From NCBI GenBank assembly GCA_963976765.1, contig CAXBME010000006.1, forward strand, positions 248,001-312,000: a stretch of DNA of 64,000 nt. The letters run 5' to 3'. The notes under the pieces are model-generated. The model had not been told where the DNA came from. It ran no database searches and saw only the letters and a program-made list of their open reading frames with translations. Source of the stretch: an uncultured Planctomycetaceae bacterium (GTDB taxonomy: Bacteria; Planctomycetota; Planctomycetia; Planctomycetales; Planctomycetaceae). Shown in pieces: positions 33,316-43,938 of the stretch. Position 1 is the stretch's first letter. Each line of letters begins with the position of its first letter. Position numbers and translations under genes: made by a program.

Positions 33316-34638
33316 TCAAATCGTTGATGCCAGATTAAACGCGTCAGACAGTAGCTGGCCCAGTCGAACGATGAATCGCGCTGCGTCTGCCCCATTGATG
33401 ACCCGATGGTCGTACGACATCGACAGTGGCAACATGAGTCGCTCTTCGATCTCGCCATCGATGATCTGCAACTCTTTGCGGCCGCGGGACATTCCCAGAA
33501 TCGCGACTTCGGGGTAGTTCACGATTGGAGTGAAAGCCGTTCCGCCGATGCCGCCAAGATTCGTGATGGTGAAACAGGCTCCCTGCATTTCGTCCATCGA
33601 GACCTTACGCTCGCGAGCCCGGCCAGCAACATCGGCCAGTTCTGTACCGATTTCCGCGACGCTCTTACGATCACAATCTTTGATCACGGGAACGAGCAGC
33701 CCGTTCGGAGTATCCACCGCGCACCCGATGTTGAAATACTTGCGGTAAACGATTTCGTTAGTCTGCGGATCGAGGCTGGAATTGAACTTCGGAAACTCTT
33801 TCAGACAAACAACCGACGCCTTCATCGCGATGGCAGTCATGGTGACTTTCGGAGCACCGGTCTTCTTGGCGATTTCCGAATAGCGACGCCGTGCGGCTTC
33901 GAGATCGGTAATGTCGACCAGATCGTGCTGCGTGACGTGCGGAATCACGTTCCAGCACATGCTGAGGTTGGCCGCGGCCGATCTTGCGATCTTGTTCATC
34001 GGCTCGCGTTCGACGTCGCCCCACTTGCTGAAGTCAGGCAGCGGTGGTGGTGCATAACTGCCGCCTCCACCTGAAGCGGCGCCGCCACCTTCCATGACTC
34101 GTTTGACGTGTGACTTAACATCTTCCTGCGTGATTCGACCGCCAGCGGCTGAGCCGGTGACATCGTGAAGGTCGACTCCCAACTGACGAGCCAATCGGCG
34201 AGTGGCCGGTCCGGCCGGAGCAGGAGCGCGATCGTCTGCCGGACCATCGCTAGCCACAGGAGCGGGTGACGCAGTTGCCGGGGCCGCAGCAGGTGACGCA
34301 GGCTGAGGAGCTTCAGCGGCTGGAGCAGGTGTTGGTGCTGAAGCTGGTTCGGCTGCGGCGGGAGCCGCTGGTGCTTTTTCAACCGGGGCAGCCGGTGCAG
34401 CATCCGCGGCTTCGATCGTTAGCAGGACCGCTCCGACTGCCAGCGTGTCACCAGGATTGGCGTGAATCTTCACGACCTTACCACCGATCGGACAGTCAAT
34501 ATCTGTGGCCGCTTTGTCGGTCTCAACCTCGGCGACGACGGCACCTGGTTCAATGACGTCCCCCACCGAAACGGTGAGCGCTGCAAGATCGACTTCTGAG
34601 ATGCCTTCCGCGATGTTCGGAATTTTGAACTCGGCCAT
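33316..34638 (-). CDS. aceF: Pyruvate dehydrogenase E2, dihydrolipoamide acetyltransferase
   Basis: Single lipoyl domain ETDKA, Ala/Pro linker, PATRRLARQLGVDL, DHRVINGADAARF. Confidence 0.92.
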   Translation of the reverse strand: MAEFKIPNIAEGISEVDLAALTVSVGDVIEPGAVVAEVETDKAATDIDCPIGGKVVKIHANPGDTLAVGAVLLTIEAADAAPAAPVEKAPAAPAAAEPASAPTPAPAAEAPQPASPAAAPATASPAPVASDGPADDRAPAPAGPATRRLARQLGVDLHDVTGSAAGGRITQEDVKSHVKRVMEGGGAASGGGGSYAPPPLPDFSKWGDVEREPMNKIARSAAANLSMCWNVIPHVTQHDLVDITDLEAARRRYSEIAKKTGAPKVTMTAIAMKASVVCLKEFPKFNSSLDPQTNEIVYRKYFNIGCAVDTPNGLLVPVIKDCDRKSVAEIGTELADVAGRARERKVSMDEMQGACFTITNLGGIGGTAFTPIVNYPEVAILGMSRGRKELQIIDGEIEERLMLPLSMSYDHRVINGADAARFIVRLGQLLSDAFNLASTI

Positions 34639-34717
34639 GGTTGTCTCTTCTGGTCGTGAGTTGTGATCGATTGGGGTCGAAGCAGGAACCGCAGGGTGCG
34701 TCTCGACGCATTCCTCA

Positions 34718-37417
34718 TTAAGCGTAGAGCGGATCGACTTTTTCAGGGTCGATCTTCAGATCGGCAAGCACCTGCGGCAGTCGGTTTTTGTCAAAGTTTC
34801 CGTTCTTCGCGAGTGTGGCCAGTGTCGTGTAGGTGACGCATTCGGCGTCGATTTCAAAGTGGCGACGCAGCTGTGGTCGTGTGTCCGAACGCCCAAAACC
34901 GTCAGTTCCCAGAATGACATAGTTGCCAGGCACCCATTCGCGAATCTGATCGGCGACCAGTCGAACATTATCGCTCGACGAAATGAATGGACCGTCGATG
35001 CCTTTCAGCGTTTTTTCCAGATAGCTGATTTTCGGAGCTTCCGTCGGGTGCAGACGATTCCAGCGCTGAGCCTGCATGGCTTCCCGGCAAAGTTCCGAGT
35101 AGCTGGTAACGCTCCAGACGTCGGTGCCGATTCCGTACTGTGAAGCCAGCATATCCTGAGCACGCAGGACTTCATTAAGGATCGTTCCGCTGCCAAACAG
35201 TTGCGGACGCTGCTTCGCTTTGGCGTTGGAAGACTCGGTACTTCGCAGTTTGTACATGCCGCTGAGAATGCCGTCGTGGCATCCCTTAGGCATCGCCATC
35301 ATCTGGTAGTCTTCGTTGTAAACACTGAGGTAGTAAATCAGCGATTCGTCGTCCTGGTACATCCTTCTCATGCCGTCACGAATGATGGCAATGACTTCGT
35401 ACCCGTAGGCGGGGTCGTACGCGACGCAGTTAGGAACGGTCGTCGCGATCAGATGACTGTGTCCGTCCTCGTGCTGCAGACCTTCACCGTTGAGCGTTGT
35501 TCGACCAGAAGTACCGCCGAGCAGGAAGCCTTTCGCTCGCGAATCAGCCGCACACCAGATCAGATCGCCAACTCGCTGAAAGCCGAACATCGAATAGAAA
35601 ATGTACATCGGAATCATGTTGACGCCGAGATTCGAGTACGCCGTGCCGGCCGCGATGAACGACGACAACGCTCCGGCTTCGTTGATCCCTTCTTCGAGAA
35701 TCTGTCCGTCTTTGGCCTCGCGATAGTACATCGTCTGATCGCGGTCGACCGGTTCGTAAAGCTGGCCCTTACTGGAGTAGATCCCGCATTGCCGGAAGAG
35801 ACCTTCCATACCGAAAGTGCGCGCTTCGTCAGGGATGATCGGAACCAGCCGCTTGCCGATCGACTTATCCTTCAGCAGGAAGCTGAGAAACTGCCCGAAG
35901 ACACCGGTCGTCGATCCAGTTTTGTCGACCAGCCGTTTGTCGTGAAATCCAATGCAGTCTTCGAATGATGGAATCTCGATCTTCTCGTCTGTCGGCCGGC
36001 GAGCGGGCAGGAAGCCGCCCAGCGATTTACGCCGCTCATGCAGATACTTCGCTTCACTGCTTTCCGGAGGTGGCTGATAAAAGTCGATGTCCTCGACGTC
36101 TTCGTCGCTGACCGGAATACCGAACCGATTGCGGAATTCCATCAGCTCCTGCTCGTTCGCTTTCTTCACGTTGTGAGCGACGTTGCGGCCTTCGCCCGCT
36201 TCACCCAGACCATACCCTTTGATCGTTTTCGCGAGGATGACCGTCGGGGATCCCTGATGGTCTACTGCGGCCTTATACGCGGCGTAGACTTTTTCAGGGT
36301 CGTGACCGCCGCGGTTCAGTTTCTCCAACTGGCTGTCCGACATGTGCTCGACCATTTTCTTCAGCTCAGGCGAGTTGAAGAAGTGCTCGCGAATGTAAGC
36401 CCCCGTCTCGACAGAATACTTCTGGTATTGCCCGTCGACGACTTCGCCCATGCGCCGCACGAGAATGCCATCGTCATCGGCAGCTAACAGTTGCTCCCAC
36501 AGGCCGCCCCAGATGACTTTGATTACGTTCCAGCCGGCACCTCGGAAGGCGGCTTCAAGTTCCTGGATGATCTTGCCGTTGCCTCGAACCGGTCCGTCAA
36601 GACGCTGCAGGTTGCAGTTGACGACAAAGATCAAATTGTCGAGGTTCTCGCGCGAAGCGAGCGTGATTGCCCCCAGCGATTCCGGCTCGTCAATTTCACC
36701 ATCGCCCAGGAAAGCCCAGACATTCGACTTCGAAGTGTCCCGCAGACCTCGATGCTCCAGGTAACGCAAAAACCGGGCATGATAAATTGCGGTAATTGGC
36801 CCAAGCCCCATCGACACGGTCGGGAACTGCCAGAAATCCGGCATCAGCCACGGATGAGGATAAGAAGACAGCCCGCCGCCTCGCGGAATCTCACGTCGAA
36901 AACGCAGCAGGTTTTCTTCGGTCAGGCGACCTTCCATGAACGCTCGCGAGTAAACACCCGGCGAAGAATGCCCCTGGAAGTAGACCATGTCGCCAGTGTG
37001 ATCTTCCGTCCGAGCGTGAAAGAAATGGTTAAAGCCGACTTCGTACAGAGTCGCACAGGAAGCGAATGTAGAAATGTGCCCGCCGACTCCCGCAAAGTCT
37101 CGATTCGCTCGGACGACCATCGCCATCGCGTTCCAGCGAATAATGCTTTTGATACGTCTTTCAAGGTCGCGTTTGCCCGGATAGTGCGGCTGGTCCTGCG
37201 TGGAAATCGTGTTGATGTAGGGTGTGTTCGCAGTGAACGGCAGATGCACGCCGCATTGGTAAGCTCGCTCCTGGAGCAGCGTCAGCATTTGCTGAACCCG
37301 CTCGCGCCCATATCGATTCAGCAGGTCGTCGAGGGAATCGAACCATTCATCAAGCTCTGCAGGGTCGAAACTCGCGGCTGGATCAGTCGATACACCTGGC
37401 GTGACGTTTGCACTCAT
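34718..37417 (-). CDS. aceE: Pyruvate dehydrogenase E1, homodimeric type
   Basis: GGHISTF, SSYPHPWLMP, GDGEIDEPES, NCNLQRLDGPVRGN, DEARTFGMEG, GEGLQHEDG. Confidence 0.97.
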   Translation of the reverse strand: MSANVTPGVSTDPAASFDPAELDEWFDSLDDLLNRYGRERVQQMLTLLQERAYQCGVHLPFTANTPYINTISTQDQPHYPGKRDLERRIKSIIRWNAMAMVVRANRDFAGVGGHISTFASCATLYEVGFNHFFHARTEDHTGDMVYFQGHSSPGVYSRAFMEGRLTEENLLRFRREIPRGGGLSSYPHPWLMPDFWQFPTVSMGLGPITAIYHARFLRYLEHRGLRDTSKSNVWAFLGDGEIDEPESLGAITLASRENLDNLIFVVNCNLQRLDGPVRGNGKIIQELEAAFRGAGWNVIKVIWGGLWEQLLAADDDGILVRRMGEVVDGQYQKYSVETGAYIREHFFNSPELKKMVEHMSDSQLEKLNRGGHDPEKVYAAYKAAVDHQGSPTVILAKTIKGYGLGEAGEGRNVAHNVKKANEQELMEFRNRFGIPVSDEDVEDIDFYQPPPESSEAKYLHERRKSLGGFLPARRPTDEKIEIPSFEDCIGFHDKRLVDKTGSTTGVFGQFLSFLLKDKSIGKRLVPIIPDEARTFGMEGLFRQCGIYSSKGQLYEPVDRDQTMYYREAKDGQILEEGINEAGALSSFIAAGTAYSNLGVNMIPMYIFYSMFGFQRVGDLIWCAADSRAKGFLLGGTSGRTTLNGEGLQHEDGHSHLIATTVPNCVAYDPAYGYEVIAIIRDGMRRMYQDDESLIYYLSVYNEDYQMMAMPKGCHDGILSGMYKLRSTESSNAKAKQRPQLFGSGTILNEVLRAQDMLASQYGIGTDVWSVTSYSELCREAMQAQRWNRLHPTEAPKISYLEKTLKGIDGPFISSSDNVRLVADQIREWVPGNYVILGTDGFGRSDTRPQLRRHFEIDAECVTYTTLATLAKNGNFDKNRLPQVLADLKIDPEKVDPLYA

Positions 37418-37780
37418 AAAAGGGCTCGGAAAACTGTTGGGAGTAATCTGAAAGCCGGAAGCGGGACCGGCAAAATAGTTCGGCCGATCTGTTCCGTGGC
37501 CGATTTTCGCTGAATGACTTGAGCGACTGTGCCGCCGCCGGGTTCGATCACCTCTGCCGAATCATTCCATCGCGCAGCGCGGAAAATCGCCGGAAGCTCC
37601 TGAAGGGTTGGAGATTATGCCAGTCCGCTCGAACACCGGCAACCAAGGCAGAGAGACTGGGCAGTTGTGGCGTTCTGGTCGCAGATTCTGCTGAAGTGTA
37701 AACGTCCGCATCTCTGACTCATTCGTTCGAATTCGCCTACTCATTTCACTTTCAAACAATAGGTATTGTCATCCAGTCGC

Positions 37781-37821
37781 TTGCCAACCGGTCACGACAG
37801 CGATATTTTGATCAATCAAAA
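37781..37821 (+). promoter_or_regulatory. Sigma70-like promoter with overlapping dyad operator
   Basis: TTGCCA-N17-TATTTT; perfect dyad TTTTGAT-CA-ATCAAAA (37806-37821) overlaps the -10 element. Confidence 0.6.
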
Positions 37822-37927
37822 AAAATTCCTCGGACCACGGGATGACCGGGATCTTCGCAAAGCTGGTTCAGCCAGACCGGACGATTCTTCAGTTGATCGA
37901 CAAGTACCACGCACACGGAGCCCTGCC

Positions 37928-39007
37928 ATGCTGCATCAACACCCGGAATTCCTGACATCGACCGCCCGGCTCGCCGCGCTGAGCGTAATTGTCGTCGCAG
38001 CGGGACTCGTCTGCGGGTGCTCTGGCTCGAACGGTCCAGCAGGGACCAACGGCTCTTCCGAAGGAACCGGAACAGTTGGGTCAGCTTCCGGAGCCCGCGA
38101 CGCCAACCCGGTCGGGAAGCTCAACATCGTCACAACAACGGCGATGGTCACCGATGTCGTTACAGCCGTCGCTGGCGACCGAGCAATCGTTACCGGCCTG
38201 ATCACCGGCAATCAGGATCCGCACATGTTCACAGCGGGAAGCAACGACGTAAAAAAGATGCTCGGAGCCGACGCTGTCTTTTACACCGGCCTGATGCTCG
38301 AAGGGCGTATGGCTGACGACTTTGCCCTTGTCGGTCGAAAAGGCAAACCAGTCTTTCCAGTGACCGAAGGCCTGGACCGTGAGAAGCTGCGAGAACCGCC
38401 CGAGTTCGAAGGTCACTGGGATCCGCACGTCTGGATGGACGTCAAACTGTGGAGCGAGTGCGTTGGGCACGTTTCCAAAGAACTCGGCACACTGGATGCC
38501 GGATCGGCCGACGAGTACCAGTCCCGCGCCGATGAGTACCGAAAGCAGCTGTCAGAACTCGATGCCTACATCCGAAAAGTCATCGCCACGATCCCGAAGG
38601 AACAACGCTACCTGGTCACTGCTCACGACGCGTTCGGCTATTTCGCTCAGGCTTACGGAATCGAAGTGAAGGCGATCCAGGGAATTTCGACAGACTCGCA
38701 GGCCGCGATCTCGGACATCAACTCGCTCGTCGATTTTATCGTCGAGAACAAAGTCCCCGCGATCTTCATTGAGTCGAGCGTTTCTCAAAAGAACATAGAA
38801 GCCGTCATCGAAGGTTGCGGCTCGCGCGGCTGGACATTGAAAATCGGAGCCGAACTTTACTCCGACGCGATGGGAGCATCTGGAACTTACGAAGGCACCT
38901 ACATCGGCATGATGGATCACAACGCGACAAAAATCGCAAGAGCCCTCGGCGGCAAAGCCCCGGAACAAGGATGGCAGGGAAAGCTCAGCAACAAGACTGA
39001 ACACTAA
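37928..39007 (+). CDS. Mn/Zn/Fe ABC transporter substrate-binding lipoprotein (TroA/MntA-like)
   Basis: Lipobox-like VCGC; DPH, DPHVW, TAHDAFGYF, SDAMG ligand motifs. Confidence 0.92.
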   Translation: MLHQHPEFLTSTARLAALSVIVVAAGLVCGCSGSNGPAGTNGSSEGTGTVGSASGARDANPVGKLNIVTTTAMVTDVVTAVAGDRAIVTGLITGNQDPHMFTAGSNDVKKMLGADAVFYTGLMLEGRMADDFALVGRKGKPVFPVTEGLDREKLREPPEFEGHWDPHVWMDVKLWSECVGHVSKELGTLDAGSADEYQSRADEYRKQLSELDAYIRKVIATIPKEQRYLVTAHDAFGYFAQAYGIEVKAIQGISTDSQAAISDINSLVDFIVENKVPAIFIESSVSQKNIEAVIEGCGSRGWTLKIGAELYSDAMGASGTYEGTYIGMMDHNATKIARALGGKAPEQGWQGKLSNKTEH

Positions 39008-39008
39008 C

Positions 39009-39820
39009 ATGAAACCAGCCACCGGCCACCAGCCACCAGCCACCAGCGAAGTCATTCATCCTGAGTGGTCACCGCTTTCGATCCACGACATGACCGTGGC
39101 CTACCATCGGCAGCCGGTCTTGTGGGATATCGACTACGACGCTCCTCCCGGCAAGCTGATCGCGATCGTCGGACCAAACGGAGCAGGCAAGAGCACGCTC
39201 ATCAAAGCGGCTTTGAATCTCGTTCCGACAATTTCCGGCAGCGTGGCGGTGTTCGGAGGTCCGTATCGAAAACAACGAGGGCGTGTTGGCTACGTTCCGC
39301 AGCGGAGTTCCGTCGACTGGGACTTTCCGGTCAACGCTCTGGAAGCCGTTACCATGGGGCTGTACCGAAAAATCGGCTGGTTCCGGCCTGTGCGAAAACA
39401 ACATCGTCAGCGAGCAATGAAAGCGCTCGTTCGAGTCGGCATGCAGGACTTCGCGATGCGGCAGATCAGCCAGCTTTCCGGCGGCCAGCAGCAGCGAGTT
39501 TTTCTGGCACGAGCGCTTGCCCAGGAAGCCGACCTGTACCTCATGGACGAACCGTTCGCCGGAGTCGACGCCGCCACCGAACGAGCCATTGTCGACGTGC
39601 TGCGGGATCTTCAGCAGGCCGGCAAGACGGCCCTCGTCGTGCATCACGATCTGCAGACGGTCGAGGAATACTTCGACGAAGTCATCCTGCTGAATCTGCG
39701 CCTCGTCGCCAGCGGCCCGGTCGAAGAAGTCTTCACCACTGAAAACCTGCGATCGACCTACGGCGGCAAACTGGCACTCCTCGACCAGGTGGGTCATCGA
39801 ATGACGATGCGAGGCGAAAG

Positions 39821-39824
<4 letters not shown>
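39009..39824 (+). CDS. Metal ABC transporter ATP-binding protein (TroB/MntB-like)
   Basis: GPNGAGKST, YVPQR, LSGGQQQRVFLARAL, MDEPF, VHHDL. Confidence 0.95.
39014..39047 (+). repeat. Heptamer tandem repeat (ACCAGCC) x5
   Basis: accagcc accggcc accagcc accagcc accagc at the 5' end of the ATPase gene. Confidence 0.85.
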
Positions 39825-41371
<1,547 letters not shown>

Positions 41372-41521
41372 ACACGTCTGCAGATCCCTGTCCAGGAAAG
41401 CCTGGCGGGAGGTGTGACGCGAAATCGCAAAGCGGTTAAGAATCGCCAATCGTTCGTCATCGTGACTTTGCGTAAAACAACTTCACCGCTCGAATTATTC
41501 AAACTGCCCTGGAACATCCCC

Positions 41522-42280
41522 ATGAAACGCGCCTGCCTTCTTTCGTTTACTTTCTGCTTTGTCGCAAGTTCCATTGTTTATTCCGGCGAGCTGGATCCGC
41601 GGCAGGAAGCGTGGATCAGGAAATACGAGAAGCAGGAGAACGTACCAGAACCAGAGAACCAGCTGCTCAACACGGATGACGAACCGAATCTGAAGGACGG
41701 TTTCGTTTCGTTGTTCAACGGCAAAGACCTGACCGGCTGGACGCCGAAGGGCGGAACCTGTGAGTTCTCTGCGAAAGATGGAATGATCGTCGGCAAGTGT
41801 GTCCCCGGTTCGAACAGCACTTATCTGTCGACCGAGAATGCCGGCTTCACCGATTTCGTTTTCAGTTGCGACATGAAGTGGAAAGTCGACTGCAATACGG
41901 GAATCATGTTCCGAGCCCAGTCCAAACCTGGTAAAGGCGACACAGAAACCGTCTTCGGTCCTCAGGCCGAAATGGAAGGATTTTCCACAGACCGACACTG
42001 GTCCGGCGGAATCTATGGTCAAAGCTGCGGCGGCTACTTTTATCCACTGTGGCTGAAAGAGCACGAAGCAGCTCGTGCGGCCGCGAAAGAAGGCGAGTGG
42101 AACCGCGTGACGATCTCCGCCAAAGGCAACGTCATGAAAACGTGGGTGAACGGAGTCCCCGCCGCTCACTGGGTCGACGACGGCACTTACTCAAAAGGTT
42201 TCTTCGGCCTGCAGATTCACAAAGGCGCCAAAGGCGAAGTCCTGTTCCGAAACATCCGCGTCAAAGAACTGAAGAAGTAA
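41522..42280 (+). CDS. DUF1080 (3-keto-disaccharide hydrolase family) secreted protein
   Basis: SLFNGKDLTGW, NTGIMFR, EWNRVTI, WVNG, GFFGLQIH, FRNIRVKEL. Confidence 0.9.
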   Translation: MKRACLLSFTFCFVASSIVYSGELDPRQEAWIRKYEKQENVPEPENQLLNTDDEPNLKDGFVSLFNGKDLTGWTPKGGTCEFSAKDGMIVGKCVPGSNSTYLSTENAGFTDFVFSCDMKWKVDCNTGIMFRAQSKPGKGDTETVFGPQAEMEGFSTDRHWSGGIYGQSCGGYFYPLWLKEHEAARAAAKEGEWNRVTISAKGNVMKTWVNGVPAAHWVDDGTYSKGFFGLQIHKGAKGEVLFRNIRVKELKK

Positions 42281-42332
42281 TTCTGCCGCGTGCCCCATTG
42301 TCGCTACCAGGAAGCATCCCGACAGGAATGAC

Positions 42333-43847
42333 ATGAACGATCCAACAAGAATTGCTGCTCTCAATAAGCTGGTGCTGCTTGCTCTGCTGAGTGTGATTGC
42401 CGGTCCCGCTTCAGGAGCCGAACCGCCCAACATCATTCTCCTGATGGGCGACGATCATGGCTGGGACGAAACGGGCTACAACGGCCATCCGCATCTGAAG
42501 ACGCCGGTGCTGGATGAAATGGCGGCTTCCGGGCTGCGGCTGGATCGGTTTTATTCGGCTCATCCATCGTGCTCGCCGACTCGTGGAAGCGTCATGACCG
42601 GGCGGCATCCCAACCGCTACGGGACGTTCTCGCCGGGTTATTCAATTCGTCCGGAAGAAGTCACCATCGCACATCTGTTGAGCAAGGCCGGATACACCTG
42701 CGGGCATTTCGGCAAATGGCATCTTGGCCCGGTCAAAGCTGCGTCGCCAACAAACCCTGGAGCGATGGGCTTCGACGAGTGGTTGTCGCACGACAACTTC
42801 TTCGAACTGAATCCTGTTTTCTCTCGCAACGGCGAGCCGCCAAGGACATTCGAGGGTGAAAGTTCAGAGATCGTCATCGCTGAAACGATCCAGTTCCTGT
42901 CGAGGACTCAGCAGACGAAGCAGCCGTTCTTTGCTGTCGTCTGGTTCGGATCGCCTCACGAACCCTACAGCGGACTGAAAAAAGACCTGGAACTGTACGA
43001 CGACCTGCCCGCGGAGTACGCAGCAAAACAAGTCAAGCTAACGTCGAATGAAACCGGTCGCCCGACAAAGCGTCCTCTTCGAGACGTCCTGCGGGAGCGC
43101 TATGCCGAAATCACCGCGATGGACCGTTCGATCGGTCAGCTGCGCGACTGGCTGAAGCAGTCAGGCCTCCGAGACAACACACTCGTCTGGTACTGCGGCG
43201 ACAATGGCACACCGGGCGACGGCATCGTCACGTCCCCGTATCGAGGGCAGAAAGGAAACATGTACGAAGGCGGCATCCGAGTGCCTGGGGTCATTGAATG
43301 GCCCGCTGGAATCGACAGACCAACCACCTCGAATGTGAACTCGGTCACCAGCGACATGCTGCCGACGCTTTGCCAACTCACCGGGACGTCGCTGCCGGAC
43401 CGACCGCTCGACGGGATCGACCTCTCACCAGTCATCAACGGAACAATGACGGAGCGTCCCAACCCGATCGGTTTCTGGGAGTTCGATGCAGGAGCAGACT
43501 CAAAGAATGAACCGTATATTGAGACCGAACTTCAGCGTGGCACGACACCCCTCGTCAAAATGATGGGTGACCTCTTCACCCGCAACTTCAAGAACTTTCA
43601 CCACCCGACCATCGTCGACGATGACTTCGCCGGCTCAAGAGTTCTCCTGGACAATCGGTTCAAACTGATCGTCAACAGCAAGCGAGGCGGGAAAGCCGAA
43701 AGCGAACTGTTCGACCTGCACGACGACCCAGCCGAGACAAAGAACCTCGTCGACATTCAACCCGAAGTCGCAGCCTCCATGCAGAAAGAACTCAGAACCT
43801 GGCAACAGTCAGTCCTCAGAAGTTTGACGACTGCTGACTACGAATGA
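42333..43847 (+). CDS. Sulfatase (formylglycine-dependent)
   Basis: PNIILLMGDD, CSPTR, GKWHLG, GDNG, KGNMYEGGIRVP, ELFDLHDDPAE. Confidence 0.95.
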   Translation: MNDPTRIAALNKLVLLALLSVIAGPASGAEPPNIILLMGDDHGWDETGYNGHPHLKTPVLDEMAASGLRLDRFYSAHPSCSPTRGSVMTGRHPNRYGTFSPGYSIRPEEVTIAHLLSKAGYTCGHFGKWHLGPVKAASPTNPGAMGFDEWLSHDNFFELNPVFSRNGEPPRTFEGESSEIVIAETIQFLSRTQQTKQPFFAVVWFGSPHEPYSGLKKDLELYDDLPAEYAAKQVKLTSNETGRPTKRPLRDVLRERYAEITAMDRSIGQLRDWLKQSGLRDNTLVWYCGDNGTPGDGIVTSPYRGQKGNMYEGGIRVPGVIEWPAGIDRPTTSNVNSVTSDMLPTLCQLTGTSLPDRPLDGIDLSPVINGTMTERPNPIGFWEFDAGADSKNEPYIETELQRGTTPLVKMMGDLFTRNFKNFHHPTIVDDDFAGSRVLLDNRFKLIVNSKRGGKAESELFDLHDDPAETKNLVDIQPEVAASMQKELRTWQQSVLRSLTTADYE

Positions 43848-43938
43848 ACTGAGCGAATTGGAAGAGACAGGGTGGGCACCACCCACCATTCGGTTGGAAA
43901 TCAGACGTGGAACTTGCAGGCAGTGCCCCCCTGCTCAG

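Noticed and set aside
33316..37417. aceEF without an adjacent lpdA
   Set aside because: E3 is commonly encoded elsewhere and shared between complexes; not unusual
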